Made by a program: the position numbers and the translations under genes. DNA of 52,821 nt, taken from Burkholderiales bacterium (GTDB lineage: Bacteria; Pseudomonadota; Gammaproteobacteria; Burkholderiales; Burkholderiaceae_E). Every line of letters starts with the position of its first letter. Within the stretch, counting starts at the first letter, position 1. Location of the stretch: positions 1-52,821 of the forward strand of contig QEVN01000001.1 in NCBI GenBank assembly GCA_003576795.1, written 5' to 3'. Below are positions 23,498 through 33,920 of the stretch, piece by piece. The notes under the pieces were generated by a model that worked only from the letters and a program-made list of their open reading frames with translations, did no database searches and was not told the origin of the DNA.

Positions 23498-24372
23498 GCG
23501 GAAGCGGCGCGCAGGTGCGCAAGCTCGACTACGAACGGAACAAGCTGCACAAGCGCCTGCTGCGCCTGGCGGGCGAGGCGATCGTCGACTTCGGCATGAT
23601 CGAGGCGGGCGACCGCGTCATGGTCTGCCTGTCGGGCGGCAAGGACAGCTACGCGCTGCTCGACCTGCTGCGCACGCTGCGCTCGCGTGCGCCGATCGAC
23701 TTCGAGCTGGTCGCCGTGAACCTCGACCAGAAGCAGCCCGGCTTCCCCGGGCACGTGCTGCCCGAGTACCTGCGATCGCTCGACGTTCCCTTTCACATCG
23801 AGACGCAGGACACCTACTCGATCGTCACCCGCGTGATCCCGCAGGGACGCACGATGTGCTCGCTGTGCTCGCGGCTGCGCCGCGGCATCCTCTACCGCGT
23901 CGCCGACGAGCTCGGCGCGACGAAGATCGCGCTCGGCCACCACCGCGACGACATCCTGGAGACCTTCTTCCTGAACCTGTTCTTCGGCGGCAGGCTCAAG
24001 TCGATGCCGCCGAAGCTCGTCTCCGACGACGGACGGCACATGGTGATCCGCCCGCTCGCCTACGTGAAGGAAGAAGATCTCGCCGCCTACGCCGAGTGGC
24101 GCGCGTTCCCGATCATCCCGTGCAACCTGTGCGGCTCGCAGGAGAACCTGAAGCGGCGCGAGATCAAGCAGATGCTGCGCGAATGGGAGCGACGCCACCC
24201 GGGGCGCGTCGAGAACGTCTTCGCGTCGCTCGGGCGCGTCGTTCCGTCGCACCTGCTCGATCGCTCCGCCTGGGACTTCGCCGCGCTGCGCATCACCGGC
24301 GAGCCCTTCGCCGACGGCGATCGCGCGTTCGACCCCGACCCCGAGTTCGAGCGGCCGTCGGGTACAGGGTAA
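23494..24372 (+). CDS. ttcA: tRNA 2-thiocytidine(32) synthetase
   Basis: SGGKDS PP-loop, [33 protein letters not shown]; GTGA overlap with folB. Confidence 0.96.
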   Translation: MSGSGAQVRKLDYERNKLHKRLLRLAGEAIVDFGMIEAGDRVMVCLSGGKDSYALLDLLRTLRSRAPIDFELVAVNLDQKQPGFPGHVLPEYLRSLDVPFHIETQDTYSIVTRVIPQGRTMCSLCSRLRRGILYRVADELGATKIALGHHRDDILETFFLNLFFGGRLKSMPPKLVSDDGRHMVIRPLAYVKEEDLAAYAEWRAFPIIPCNLCGSQENLKRREIKQMLREWERRHPGRVENVFASLGRVVPSHLLDRSAWDFAALRITGEPFADGDRAFDPDPEFERPSGTG

Positions 24373-24661
24373 ACGGCTGGTACACCTTTCGGCCGGCGCC
24401 GTCGTCGGCGCCCCCGGAAATGCGCGGAACTCGCGCTTTCCTGCCGAGGCAACCGGCATCACTACGCGAAACGCGCGAGAAACGAACGACGTCGTCCGCA
24501 CCGATCGGCGGACCGCGTAGAACGCGCGGAAAGCGCGCATTCTCCCCGGCGTCGGTGCCGGCTGTCGCCGCGTCGGCGCCGACCCGTGGAGCCGTTGCGC
24601 CCAAGTCGACGCCGGCTGCCCTGCGTCCACGCCAGCCGCCCCGTTCTGCGCCTGGCTGCGA

Positions 24662-24713
24662 TATGCGGCGTTTCCTCTCGCGTAATCGATTACGTGACGA
24701 GAAACGCTGCATA
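24662..24713. repeat. 52-nt imperfect inverted repeat in the ttcA/phaG intergenic gap
   Basis: TATGCGGCGTTTC-CTC-TCGCGTAAT-CG-ATTACGTGA-CGA-GAAACGCTGCATA. Confidence 0.7.
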
Positions 24714-24808
24714 ACGCAGCGCCTCAGCACGGCGGCGGTGCAGAGGCGGCCGAGGACGGGCGCCGACGCGGTGGACAACTCGCGGCGCCACATCCGAGCC
24801 AAGCCCCC

Positions 24809-25219
24809 TCACCGCCCCCCATCCCCGCTCGCCGAACCTTCCGTCCGCACCGGCGCGCTGTCCCCCGCGGCCACCGCGCCCTCGTGCCCGGCCCGCCGCA
24901 GCCGGAACAGCGCCGCGCGCGCGAGGAACACGACCGCCACCGGCGCGCCGATCGGCAGCAGCACGACCACGGTCCACGGCTGGATCGACAGCACGCCCTG
25001 CGTCGCGCTGAACCAGACGACCGAGGCCGCCGCGATCGACCACGTCCCCATCGTGTACGGCAGCGCCGCCGGATGCGCGCGCAGGAAGAAATGCGGAAAG
25101 CGCAGCAGGCCGGTCGCGCCGATCACGCAGAACACGGCGCCGTTGAGCAGCAGCAGCGAGACGAGCGCGTCGACCCACAGCGGCACGAGCGCATGCGGAA
25201 CAAGCGCTTCGGCGCTCAT
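24809..25219 (-). CDS. phaG: Mrp/Pha cation/H+ antiporter subunit G
   Basis: GATGLLRFPHFFLRAH; last gene of the operon. Confidence 0.88.
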   Translation of the reverse strand: MSAEALVPHALVPLWVDALVSLLLLNGAVFCVIGATGLLRFPHFFLRAHPAALPYTMGTWSIAAASVVWFSATQGVLSIQPWTVVVLLPIGAPVAVVFLARAALFRLRRAGHEGAVAAGDSAPVRTEGSASGDGGR

Positions 25220-25494
25220 TCGATGATCTCCCCGCGCAGCAGGAACTTGCCGAGCACGGCGGTGCTCACGTAGCCGAACAGCGCGATGATCAGCGCCGCC
25301 TCGAAATACATCGTCCCGCCCGAGCGCAGGCCGAGCACCAGCATCACGAGCATCGCGACGACGTACAGATAGTCGAGCGCGAGGATGCGGTCCTGCGCGC
25401 TCGGGCCGCGCAGCACGCGCGCGAGGGCCAGCGCCATCGCGACCACGAGCAGGATGAGCGTGGCGAGCGAAGCCAGGTGCAGCAGCGGGCTCAT
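25216..25494 (-). CDS. phaF: Mrp/Pha antiporter subunit F
   Basis: RVLRGPSAQDRILALD, KFLLRGEIIE. Confidence 0.92.
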   Translation of the reverse strand: MSPLLHLASLATLILLVVAMALALARVLRGPSAQDRILALDYLYVVAMLVMLVLGLRSGGTMYFEAALIIALFGYVSTAVLGKFLLRGEIIE

Positions 25495-25985
25495 TCGAAG
25501 ATCTCCTTCAGCGGGTGCTCGTAGCGCGCCTTGTAGCGCGCGACGAAGGCATCGACCTCGTCCTCGTGCAGGTCGAACACGTGCAGCACGTACCAGCTGC
25601 GGTCGCCGGCCAGCTCGCTCCAGACGGTACCCGGGATCACCGTGGTGATCGTCGCCAGCGCGGCGATGGCGTGCGGCTCGCGCAGCTCGAGCGGCATGCG
25701 CACGAAGCGCCCTCCGGGCAGCCGGTCGCCGCGGCGCAGCGCGCCGCGCGCGACGATGAAGCTGGAGACGACGACGTCGCCGCCCACGCGCAGGATCAGC
25801 CGCGCCAGCGTTCCCGGGCGCCGGATGCGGGGGCGCAGCGGCAGCAGCGGCGCGGCCAGCAGCGGCATCGCCACTGCGACGATCGTCGCGATGATCAGCT
25901 GCCCGACGCTCGCCGAGCGCGCGAGCACGAGCCACAGCACGAACAGCGAGAGGCTGAGCAGCGGCGCGGGAAGAACGCGTCTCAT
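25491..25985 (-). CDS. phaE: Mrp/Pha antiporter subunit E
   Basis: ITTVIPGTVW, LHVFDL, KARYEHPLKEIFE. Confidence 0.92.
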   Translation of the reverse strand: MRRVLPAPLLSLSLFVLWLVLARSASVGQLIIATIVAVAMPLLAAPLLPLRPRIRRPGTLARLILRVGGDVVVSSFIVARGALRRGDRLPGGRFVRMPLELREPHAIAALATITTVIPGTVWSELAGDRSWYVLHVFDLHEDEVDAFVARYKARYEHPLKEIFE

Positions 25986-25992
25986 GGCCGCC

Positions 25993-27657
25993 TCATTGCC
26001 GCTCCACCGGCCGCGCGGTGAGCACGGCATCGACGTACGCCGCCGGCTGGTGCAGCGCCTGCGCCGTGCTCGCGGCATAGCGCATCACCGGCTCCGCGCG
26101 GATCGTCAGCAGCGCGCACAGCGCGAGCAGCACGGCGATCGGCACGGTCTCGATCACGCGCAGGCGCGGGGCCGCGCGCTCCTGCGGCGCCCAGAAGTAG
26201 CGGATACCCGCCCGCGACAGCCCGACCAGCGACAGGAACCCGGACCCGATCAGCACGACGACCATCGCCAGCGCCGCGATGCCGGGCGCCGACAACGGAT
26301 CGGAGGCCAGCTCGGGCTCCGGAGCGAGCGCCGACGAGAGCATCGCGAACTTGCCCAGGAAGCCCGACAGCGGCGGCATCCCGGCGATCATCAGCGCGCA
26401 CACGATGAACGCCAGGCCGAGGAAGGCGAGCGCGCCGGGGATCGTGCGGCCGATCAGCACCGACTCGTCCTCGTCGAGGTTCGAGTCGGGCCGCTCGATG
26501 TACTCGACCGAGAACGGCAACGGGTCGACGTCGTCGAGCGGCACCTTCGGCTCGACCTCGCGCGCGCGGTCGATCAGCTCGACGAGCAGGAACAGCGCGG
26601 CGAGCGCGAAGGTCGATCCGATCAGGTAGAAGAGCGCGCCGGCGGTGAGCGACGGTCGCGCGAAGCCGATCGCGGCGACGAGCGTCGCCGAGGAGATCAC
26701 GACGCCCCACGCGGCGAGTCGCCCCGGATGATGCGAGGCGAGCATGCCGATCGAGGCCACCGCCAGGGTCGTCATGCCGATCCAGGTGAGCGCCGCCCCG
26801 CCGAAGTGCGCCGACTCGCCGGCGTCGATGCCGAAGAACAGCGTCCAGATGCGCAGGATCGCGTAGACGCCGACCTTGGTCAGGATCGCGAACAGCGCGG
26901 CCACCGGAGCGCCGGCGGCCGAATAGGCCGGAACCAGCCAGAAGTTCAGCGGCCACATCGCCGCCTTGGCCAGGAACGCGACGGCGAGGATGGCGGCGCC
27001 GGCGTGCAGCAGCGGGCGGTCGGCCGCCGCCACCTGCGGGATGCGCGCGGCGAAGTCGGCCAGGTTCAGCGTTCCGGCGGCGCCGTAGAGCACGGCCACG
27101 CCGACCAGGAACAGCGACGACGCGAACAGGTTCACCGCGATGTAGTGCAGCCCGGCGCGCACGCGCACGGCGCCCGAACCGTGCAGCAGCAACCCGTACG
27201 ACGCCGCGAGCAGGATCTCGAAGAAGACGAACAGGTTGAAGACGTCGACGGTGAGGAAGGCGCCGTTCACGCCCATCAGCTGGAGCTGGAACAGCGGATG
27301 GAAGTTCACGCCGGCGCGGTCCCAGCGCGCCACCGAGTAGACCACCGCCGCGAACGCGATGACGCCGGTGACGACGAGCATCATCGCCGAGAGCCGGTCC
27401 AGGGCGAGCACGATGCCGAAGGGCGCCGGCCAGTTCGCCGGCAGGTAGACGCCGACGGCGGCCGCGCCGCGCTCGTCGACGACGAGGAGCAGTGCGACCG
27501 CGACGGCGAGCGCCGCCCCGCACGAGAGCACGTTCAGCGACGCGCGCAGGCGGCGTCGCCGCTCGGAGGCGAACAGCATCAGCGCGGCGGCGGCCAGCGG
27601 CAGCACGATCGGCGCGACGATCAGGTGCGGCATCGCCGCCTTCGCCCAGCCGATCAT
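25993..27657 (-). CDS. phaD: Mrp/Pha antiporter subunit D
   Basis: NWPAPFGIVLALDRLS, FNLFVFFEILL, LTKVGVY, GMPPLSGFLGK. Confidence 0.94.
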   Translation of the reverse strand: MIGWAKAAMPHLIVAPIVLPLAAAALMLFASERRRRLRASLNVLSCGAALAVAVALLLVVDERGAAAVGVYLPANWPAPFGIVLALDRLSAMMLVVTGVIAFAAVVYSVARWDRAGVNFHPLFQLQLMGVNGAFLTVDVFNLFVFFEILLAASYGLLLHGSGAVRVRAGLHYIAVNLFASSLFLVGVAVLYGAAGTLNLADFAARIPQVAAADRPLLHAGAAILAVAFLAKAAMWPLNFWLVPAYSAAGAPVAALFAILTKVGVYAILRIWTLFFGIDAGESAHFGGAALTWIGMTTLAVASIGMLASHHPGRLAAWGVVISSATLVAAIGFARPSLTAGALFYLIGSTFALAALFLLVELIDRAREVEPKVPLDDVDPLPFSVEYIERPDSNLDEDESVLIGRTIPGALAFLGLAFIVCALMIAGMPPLSGFLGKFAMLSSALAPEPELASDPLSAPGIAALAMVVVLIGSGFLSLVGLSRAGIRYFWAPQERAAPRLRVIETVPIAVLLALCALLTIRAEPVMRYAASTAQALHQPAAYVDAVLTARPVERQ

Positions 27658-27998
27658 TCCTCCTCCTCCTGCCCGTCGACGTGGTCGGTGCCGGACAGCC
27701 CGCGCAGCGCGAGCAGCACGACGAGGAACAGCGCCGTCATCGCGAAGTTGATGACGATGGCGGTCAGCACGAGCGCCTGCGGCAGCGGGTCGGTGTAGTG
27801 CTGCAGATCGTGCGGCACGTCGGGAACGACGATCGGCGGCTGGTCGATCGACAGGCTGCCCATGCTGAAGATGAACAGGTTCACCGCGTACGAGAGCAGC
27901 GACAGCCCCATCAGCACCTGGAAGGTGCGCGGACGCAGCAGCAGCCACACGCCCGAGGCGGTGAGCACGCCGATCGCGGTGGCGAGGACGACTTCCAT
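27654..27998 (-). CDS. phaC: Mrp/Pha antiporter subunit C
   Basis: LSYAVNLFIF, DPLPQALVLTAIVI. Confidence 0.94.
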   Translation of the reverse strand: MEVVLATAIGVLTASGVWLLLRPRTFQVLMGLSLLSYAVNLFIFSMGSLSIDQPPIVVPDVPHDLQHYTDPLPQALVLTAIVINFAMTALFLVVLLALRGLSGTDHVDGQEEEE

Positions 27999-30874
27999 CA
28001 GCCGGGCCTGCGGCGCGCGCGCAGCGACTGGTGCGCCAGCGCGATCAGCATCAGCAGCGTCGCGCCCACGACGACGGCGAACACGCCGGCGTCGAACAGC
28101 AGCGCGCTGGGCAGGTGCGCCTCGCCGCCCCACGGCAGGGCGAGGTGCGCGGTGTGCGTCGTCAGGAACGGGTGCCCGAAGACGATCGCGCCCGCGCCGG
28201 TGGCGACGACGAGCAGCAGGCCGGTGGCGATCCACCAGGGCGTGCGCAGATGCACGCGCGACTCGACCCAGACGGTGCCCAGCACCAGGTACTGCGTGAG
28301 GAACGCGATCGCGACGACGAGCCCGGCGACGAAGCCGCCGCCGGGCGCATCGTGCCCGCGCAGGAACAGGTGCAGCGCGACGACGAAGGCGACCGGCAGC
28401 AGCAGCCGCACGAGCGCCGCCGGCACCGTCCGATAGCCGATCCCCGGGTCGCCGCCGGGCTCGGGCTCGAGCACGTCGTCGAGCGGATCGCCGTCGATGC
28501 CCGGCTGCTGCTGGTCGGGCACGATGCTCTCGCGCGGCGGCCGGAAGCGGCGCAACAGCGCGTAGACGACGAGCGCGACGATGCCGAGCACCGAGATCTC
28601 GCCCATCGTGTCGAAGCTGCGGAAGTCGACCAGCGTGACGTTGACGACGTTGCTCCCTCCTCCATCCGGCAGCGCGCGCGCGAGCAGGAAGGGCGAGATG
28701 CTCTGCGGCGCCTCGCGCGTGAGCATCGCGTAGGAAAGGGCGGCCGTACCGGCGCCGACGACGATCGCCAGCACCAGATCACGGGCGCGGCGGGTGCGCG
28801 CGCGCAGCGCGACGCGGCCGTCCTCCTCGAGGATCCGCTTCGGCAGCCAGCGCAGTCCGAGCAGGAACAGCACCGTCGTCACGACCTCGACCGCCAGCTG
28901 CGTGAGCGCGAGATCGGGCGCCGAGAACCACAGGAAGGTGATGCAGGTGACGACGCCCGCGATCGCGAGCATCGTCACCGCGGCGAGGCGATGGAACTTC
29001 GCCTGGGCGGCGGCCGCGACCGCGGCGACGATGCCGATGGCCCACAGGCCGACGAACACCGGCGAGGGCGCCACGCGCGGGCGATGGCCCCAGCTGACGC
29101 CGTCGAGGCCGAGCGCGGCCCCCGCGGCGAGCACCGTGGCCACGACCATCCAGAACAGCTGCGGCTGCAGGCGCCGGGAGCCGAGCACGCGCATCAGGTG
29201 CCGGGCGCCGACGCTGGCGACGATCGTCGCGCGCTCGAACGCGCGCTTGCCGTCGAAGGACTCGACGAGCGGCGTGCCGCGCAGCCCGCGGGCGATCGCG
29301 CGGCGCAGCCACAGGTAGCCGAGCACGCCGCCGGCCAGCGCGACGAAGCTCATCATCAGCGGCGCGCTGAAGCCGTGCCAGACCGCCAGCGTGTACGGCG
29401 GCAGCGTGCCGCCGACCACCGGAAGCGCCGCAGCGGCCAGCACCGGGCCCACCGACCAGCCGGGCGCGATGCCGACGACGAGGCAGGCGAGGACGAGCAG
29501 GTCGACCGGGACGCGCATCCAGCGCGGCGGCTCGTGCGGCACGCGCGGAAGATCGGTGGACAGCGGCCCGAAGGAGATGCCCCAGCCGAAGCGCAGCGAA
29601 TAGACCACCGCGAAGACGCCGGCCAGCGTGGCCACCGCCGGCAGGACGATCTCGACCCACGGCGCCGACTGCACGAACACCGTCTCCGCGAAGAACATCT
29701 CCTTCGACAGGAAGCCGTTGAGCAGCGGCACGCCCGCCATCGCGGCGCTGGCCACCAGCGCGAGCGTGGCCGTGATCGGCATCGCGTGCACGAGGCCGCG
29801 CAGCCGGCGCAGGTCGCGCGTGCCGGTCTCGTGATCGGCGATGCCGGCGGCCATGAACAGCGACGCCTTGAAGGTCGCGTGGTTCAGCATGTGGAAAACG
29901 GCGGCCACCGTCGCCGTCGAGCTGTTCAGCCCGAGCAGCAGCGTGATCAGCCCGAGGTGGCTCACCGTAGAGTAGGCGAGCAGCCCCTTCAGGTCGTTCT
30001 GGAACATCGCGATGTAGGCGCCGAGCACCAGCGTGGCGAGCCCCGCGCCGCCGATGATCCAGAACCAGGGATCGGTGCCCGCCAGCACCGGCCACAGCCG
30101 CGCGAGCAGGAAGACGCCCGCCTTGACCATGGTCGCCGAGTGCAGGTAGGCCGACACCGGCGTGGGCGCGGCCATCGCGTGCGGAAGCCAGAACTGGAAC
30201 GGGAACTGCGCGCTCTTGGTCAGCGCGCCCAGCAGCACCAGCACGAGCATCGGCGCGTACAGCGGATGCTCGACGATCGCCGTGCGCGCGGCGAGCACCG
30301 CGTCGAGGTCGAAGGAACCGACGATGCGCCCGAGCAGCAGCACGCCGGCGAGCAGCGACAGCCCGCCGCCGCCGGTGACGACCAGCGCCATGCGCGCGCC
30401 GCGGCGCGCGTCGGGCCGGTGGTGCCAGTAGCCGATCAGCAGGAACGAGAAGAGGCTGGTCAGCTCCCAGAAGAACACGAGCTGGATCAGGTTGCCCGAG
30501 GTGACGACGCCGAGCATCGAGCCCTGGAACGCGAGCAGGAACGAGAAGAAGCGCGGCACCGGGTCCGACGGCGACATGTAGTAGCGCGCGTACAGCACGA
30601 CCAGCGCGCCGATGCCGGTGATCATCATCGCGAACATCCACGCGAAGCCGTCGATGCGCACGACGAGGTCGAGCCCGAAGGACGGCAGCCAGGAGATCTG
30701 CTCGCGCACGACGCCGCCGTCGCGCACCTGCGGGAACAGCGACGCCGTCCAGGCGGCGGCGGCGACCGACAGCGTTCCGGCGAGCGTGGACTCCGCGTTG
30801 CGGGCGTTCGAAGGCATCAGCGCCGCGAGGACGCTGCCGAGGAACGGAAGGGCGATCAGGAAAGCGAGCGTCAT
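27998..30874 (-). CDS. phaA: Mrp/Pha antiporter fused subunit A/B (group 2 Mrp)
   Basis: FWELTS, TKSAQFPF.FWLP.AMAAPTPVSAYLHSATMVKAG, APDLALTQ, DFRSFDTMGE, GHDAPGGGF. Confidence 0.96.
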   Translation of the reverse strand: MTLAFLIALPFLGSVLAALMPSNARNAESTLAGTLSVAAAAWTASLFPQVRDGGVVREQISWLPSFGLDLVVRIDGFAWMFAMMITGIGALVVLYARYYMSPSDPVPRFFSFLLAFQGSMLGVVTSGNLIQLVFFWELTSLFSFLLIGYWHHRPDARRGARMALVVTGGGGLSLLAGVLLLGRIVGSFDLDAVLAARTAIVEHPLYAPMLVLVLLGALTKSAQFPFQFWLPHAMAAPTPVSAYLHSATMVKAGVFLLARLWPVLAGTDPWFWIIGGAGLATLVLGAYIAMFQNDLKGLLAYSTVSHLGLITLLLGLNSSTATVAAVFHMLNHATFKASLFMAAGIADHETGTRDLRRLRGLVHAMPITATLALVASAAMAGVPLLNGFLSKEMFFAETVFVQSAPWVEIVLPAVATLAGVFAVVYSLRFGWGISFGPLSTDLPRVPHEPPRWMRVPVDLLVLACLVVGIAPGWSVGPVLAAAALPVVGGTLPPYTLAVWHGFSAPLMMSFVALAGGVLGYLWLRRAIARGLRGTPLVESFDGKRAFERATIVASVGARHLMRVLGSRRLQPQLFWMVVATVLAAGAALGLDGVSWGHRPRVAPSPVFVGLWAIGIVAAVAAAAQAKFHRLAAVTMLAIAGVVTCITFLWFSAPDLALTQLAVEVVTTVLFLLGLRWLPKRILEEDGRVALRARTRRARDLVLAIVVGAGTAALSYAMLTREAPQSISPFLLARALPDGGGSNVVNVTLVDFRSFDTMGEISVLGIVALVVYALLRRFRPPRESIVPDQQQPGIDGDPLDDVLEPEPGGDPGIGYRTVPAALVRLLLPVAFVVALHLFLRGHDAPGGGFVAGLVVAIAFLTQYLVLGTVWVESRVHLRTPWWIATGLLLVVATGAGAIVFGHPFLTTHTAHLALPWGGEAHLPSALLFDAGVFAVVVGATLLMLIALAHQSLRARRRPG

Positions 30875-30923
30875 CCGCGACGGGGCCCGGTGCCCGTCGA
30901 GCGTATCAGATCGGACGGCGATT

Positions 30924-31916
30924 TCAGCAGGCGGCCCGGTGCAGCGTTTCCGAAGGCAGCTCGCCGAACATGCGGCGGTAGTCGCAGGCGAAGTGGCTCA
31001 GGTGCCAGAACCCCCAGCGGGCGGCGACGTCCTGCACGGTGGTGCCCGCCACCGGCGCGCGAAGGGCGCGGCGGGCACCGTTGAGCCGCAGCGCCCGCAG
31101 GTAGGCCACCGGGTTCAGGCGCAGCACCTCGCGAAAGCCGTATTGCAGCGTGCGCCGGCTCACCCGCAGTTCGCGGCACAGGTCTTCGACGCTCAGCGGC
31201 TCGTCGACGTGCTCGCGCATGTATTCCTGCGCGCGGCTGACCAGCGCGTGGCTGCGCGTCGGCCCGGGAGCGGCCACGCTCTCGTCCGCGGCGACCGCGA
31301 AAGTGTCGACGAGGCTGCGGTAGACCGCCTGCTCGAGCGCGCGCCGGGTGACCGGGTGCTGCAGCTTCTGCGGATGCCCGCAGATCGATTCGAGCGCCAG
31401 CAGCAGGAACGCGCGCAGCCGCCGCACGCGCTCGGGAGCCGGCGAAGCCACCGATACGCCGCGCAGGTCGTCGTCGACGTCGCGCTGGTCGATCTCCAGC
31501 GCGTAGCCGCGCAGCGCGTCGATCGGGATCGACAGGCCGACCAGGTCCAGCGGCGCCGGCGCGCGGAAGTCGAGATGGCGCCGATCGCGCAGCACCAGCA
31601 CGGAGTCGAGACCGACCGGGCGACCGTCGAAGTAGCCCTCGCCCTGCAGCCCGATCGGCACGCCGAACATGTAGGCGCCGGGACGCCCGGAGCCGAGCTC
31701 GTGCACCGACTGGTTCGTCGTCTCGCGAAACAGCTGGATCCCGGCGAACAGCGCCTCGCACAGGAAGCCCTCGAAGGGGCCCGGGGTGAGCTGCTCGTAG
31801 GTCTGGTCCCAGCCGCTCAGGTGGGCGGCGTGCTCGTCCGCATCGTGCGAGCGCATCCGCGCGAACGAATAATCGTCGCGCCGGGATTGCGTCGGAAGCC
31901 GGTCGCCGATGCACAT
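30924..31916 (-). CDS. AraC-family transcriptional regulator (EutR-like)
   Basis: HDADEHA..LSGWDQTYEQLTPG.F.G N-domain; VSRRTLQYGF...RLN..R...WGFWHLSHFA.DY..MFGELPSETL; divergent from the amine dehydrogenase cluster. Confidence 0.9.
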   Translation of the reverse strand: MCIGDRLPTQSRRDDYSFARMRSHDADEHAAHLSGWDQTYEQLTPGPFEGFLCEALFAGIQLFRETTNQSVHELGSGRPGAYMFGVPIGLQGEGYFDGRPVGLDSVLVLRDRRHLDFRAPAPLDLVGLSIPIDALRGYALEIDQRDVDDDLRGVSVASPAPERVRRLRAFLLLALESICGHPQKLQHPVTRRALEQAVYRSLVDTFAVAADESVAAPGPTRSHALVSRAQEYMREHVDEPLSVEDLCRELRVSRRTLQYGFREVLRLNPVAYLRALRLNGARRALRAPVAGTTVQDVAARWGFWHLSHFACDYRRMFGELPSETLHRAAC

Positions 31917-32109
31917 CGTCGTCGCTCTCCGCGGTTGCCGGCCGCCGGGGCACCCGACGGCGACAACTGTCCGGAACGGGGTCGGGAAACGACCACGGGG
32001 AGCAGATTGGATCCCGTTTCGGCGCGCTTGGCAAGGGCGAAAACGCCAACTCGTTGCATCTGCAACCGATTTTCGACGCCCGAAGAAAGGTTGGATCCGC
32101 GACCCCCGA

Positions 32110-32153
32110 TTGCCGATTTCGGCTAACGCACCGGCGAAGCCGTCTCCTAGAAT
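32110..32153 (+). promoter_or_regulatory. Putative activator site and -10 element of the aau operon
   Basis: TTGCCGATTTCGGCTAA (GCCGA-TT-TCGGC palindrome) at 32110-32126; TAGAAT at 32148-32153; related CCGATTTTCG at ~32066; GAGGAG RBS before ATG 32200. Confidence 0.45.
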
Positions 32154-32199
32154 CGCTGCGAGTCGACGAAGAATCGACCGAACGAGGAGTCTTCCCGTG

Positions 32200-33348
32200 A
32201 TGAATCGATTCGCCGCACGCGTGCTCCAGGCGTCGCTGCTGGCCCTTGGGATCACCGGCGCATCGGCGCAATCGTTGCCGGAGAAACAAACGGTGGTCAC
32301 CCCGCCGCCGGCCGGTCCGACGCGTGCGTACGTGTCCGATATCGCGATCCAGCACATCGTCGACGGGCGCCTGCACGTCATCGACGTCGATGCCGCCCGC
32401 TACGTCGGCCAGATCCCGCTCGCCTACGCCGGGCAGGCGGTGCTGTCGCCCGACCGCAAGCGCATCTACGTCTCCACCACCTATTACCCGCGGCTGTGGC
32501 GGGGCACGCGCGCCGACGTCATCGACATCTGGGACGCGGAAACGCTGTCGTTCACCGGCGAGATCCCGATCCCCGAGCGGCGCGCGCAGGCGCTGAACTA
32601 CAAGGGGCTGATCAGCGTCTCGCCGGATTCGCACTGGCTGTACGTGCAGAACGCCACGCCGGCGAGCTCGATCAGCATCGTCGACCTGCGCGAGCGCAGG
32701 CTGGCGAGCGAGGTGGCCAATTCCGGCTGCTGGCTCGCGCTGCCGGTGCCGAGCGCGCCGAACCGCTTCGCCACGCTGTGCGGCGACGGCACGATGGAAA
32801 CGATCACGCTCGACGAGCGCGGCGCGCTCGCCTCGCGCACGCGCAGCGAGCGCTTCTTCGACGCCGACGTCGACCCGATCTTCGTGCACGCCGAGACGAT
32901 CGGCGACCGCTTCTTCTTCGTCTCGTACCTGGGCAAGGTGCACGAAGTCGACCTCTCCGCCGAGAAGCCGCGCGCGGTCGGCAGCTGGTCGATGATCGGC
33001 GCCGCCGACGCGAAGAAGAACTGGCGCCCCGGCGGCTACCAGCTGTTCGCCATTCACGCGAAGAGCGGCCGGATGTACGTGCTGATGCACCCCGACGGCC
33101 AGGAAGGCTCGCACAAGAACCCTGCCGCCGAGATCTGGGCCTTCGACCTCGCCACGAAGAAGCGCATCGCGCGCATTCCCGGCAACAACGCGATGTCGGT
33201 CACGGCGATCCAGGGCGGGGCTCCGCGCCTGGTGGCGCTGGACGCGATGACGATGGGGCTCGTGCTGATCGACGCCGGCGACAAGCCGCGCGTCGTGCAG
33301 CGGATGGACGGCGTCGCCGAGGCGGGCACGCTGATCGAGATGCAGTGA
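32200..33348 (+). CDS. aauB: TTQ (aromatic) amine dehydrogenase large subunit (AauB/MauB family)
   Basis: Signal peptide, beta-propeller-type sequence; VQNATPASSI, CGDG, WRPGGYQL, HPDGQEGSHKNPAAEIW resemble AADH as recalled. Confidence 0.9.
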   Translation: MNRFAARVLQASLLALGITGASAQSLPEKQTVVTPPPAGPTRAYVSDIAIQHIVDGRLHVIDVDAARYVGQIPLAYAGQAVLSPDRKRIYVSTTYYPRLWRGTRADVIDIWDAETLSFTGEIPIPERRAQALNYKGLISVSPDSHWLYVQNATPASSISIVDLRERRLASEVANSGCWLALPVPSAPNRFATLCGDGTMETITLDERGALASRTRSERFFDADVDPIFVHAETIGDRFFFVSYLGKVHEVDLSAEKPRAVGSWSMIGAADAKKNWRPGGYQLFAIHAKSGRMYVLMHPDGQEGSHKNPAAEIWAFDLATKKRIARIPGNNAMSVTAIQGGAPRLVALDAMTMGLVLIDAGDKPRVVQRMDGVAEAGTLIEMQ

Positions 33349-33920
33349 TGGCGCTGCCCGCGCTCGATCCCGTGCTCGGCCACGCCGTCGCCGGCGCGCT
33401 GGCGCTGGTGCTCGCCGTCGGCGCGTGGTCCAAGTTCGCCGACCTCGAGGCCTTCGCCTTCGCCGTCGAGCGCTACCGGCTGCTTCCGCCGCCTGCCGCG
33501 CGCGCCGTCGGCTTCGTGCTGCCCTTCGCCGAGGCTGCCGCGGCGGCGCTGCTCGTCGTGCCGGCCACCCGCCCGTCCGGGGCGCTGCTCGCCGCCGCGC
33601 TGGTCGCGCTCGTCACCGGCGCCGTCGTCGCCAACCTGCTGCGCGGCCGCACCGACATCGACTGCGGCTGCGGCGGTCCCGGACAACGACAGACGCTGTC
33701 CTGGCGCCTGCCCGCGCGCAACGCCGTGCTCCTTGCCGGATGCGCGCTCGCCGCGGCGCCGGCCGCATCGCGCCCGCTCGTCTGGCTCGACGCCTTCACC
33801 GCCACTTTCGCCGCGGCGGCGCTGTGGTTCGTCTACGCCGCCGCCGACGAGCTGCTGTCCGATCCGCATCGCCTGACGCAGCACGCCAACCGACTGCCCT
33901 CGCCGGGGACCCGCCGATGA
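33348..33920 (+). CDS. mauE: Amine dehydrogenase maturation membrane protein (MauE/AauE)
   Basis: YRLLP, NLLRGRTDIDCGCGG, RNAVLL; TGATG overlap with aauB. Confidence 0.92.
   Translation: MALPALDPVLGHAVAGALALVLAVGAWSKFADLEAFAFAVERYRLLPPPAARAVGFVLPFAEAAAAALLVVPATRPSGALLAAALVALVTGAVVANLLRGRTDIDCGCGGPGQRQTLSWRLPARNAVLLAGCALAAAPAASRPLVWLDAFTATFAAAALWFVYAAADELLSDPHRLTQHANRLPSPGTRR

Noticed and set aside
24770-24780. DnaA-box-like GTGGACAAC
   Set aside because: Single imperfect match with no cluster or AT-rich unwinding region.
32028-32045. sigma54 promoter at TTGGCA upstream of aauB
   Set aside because: No correctly spaced -12 TTGC, and the neighbouring regulator is AraC-type.
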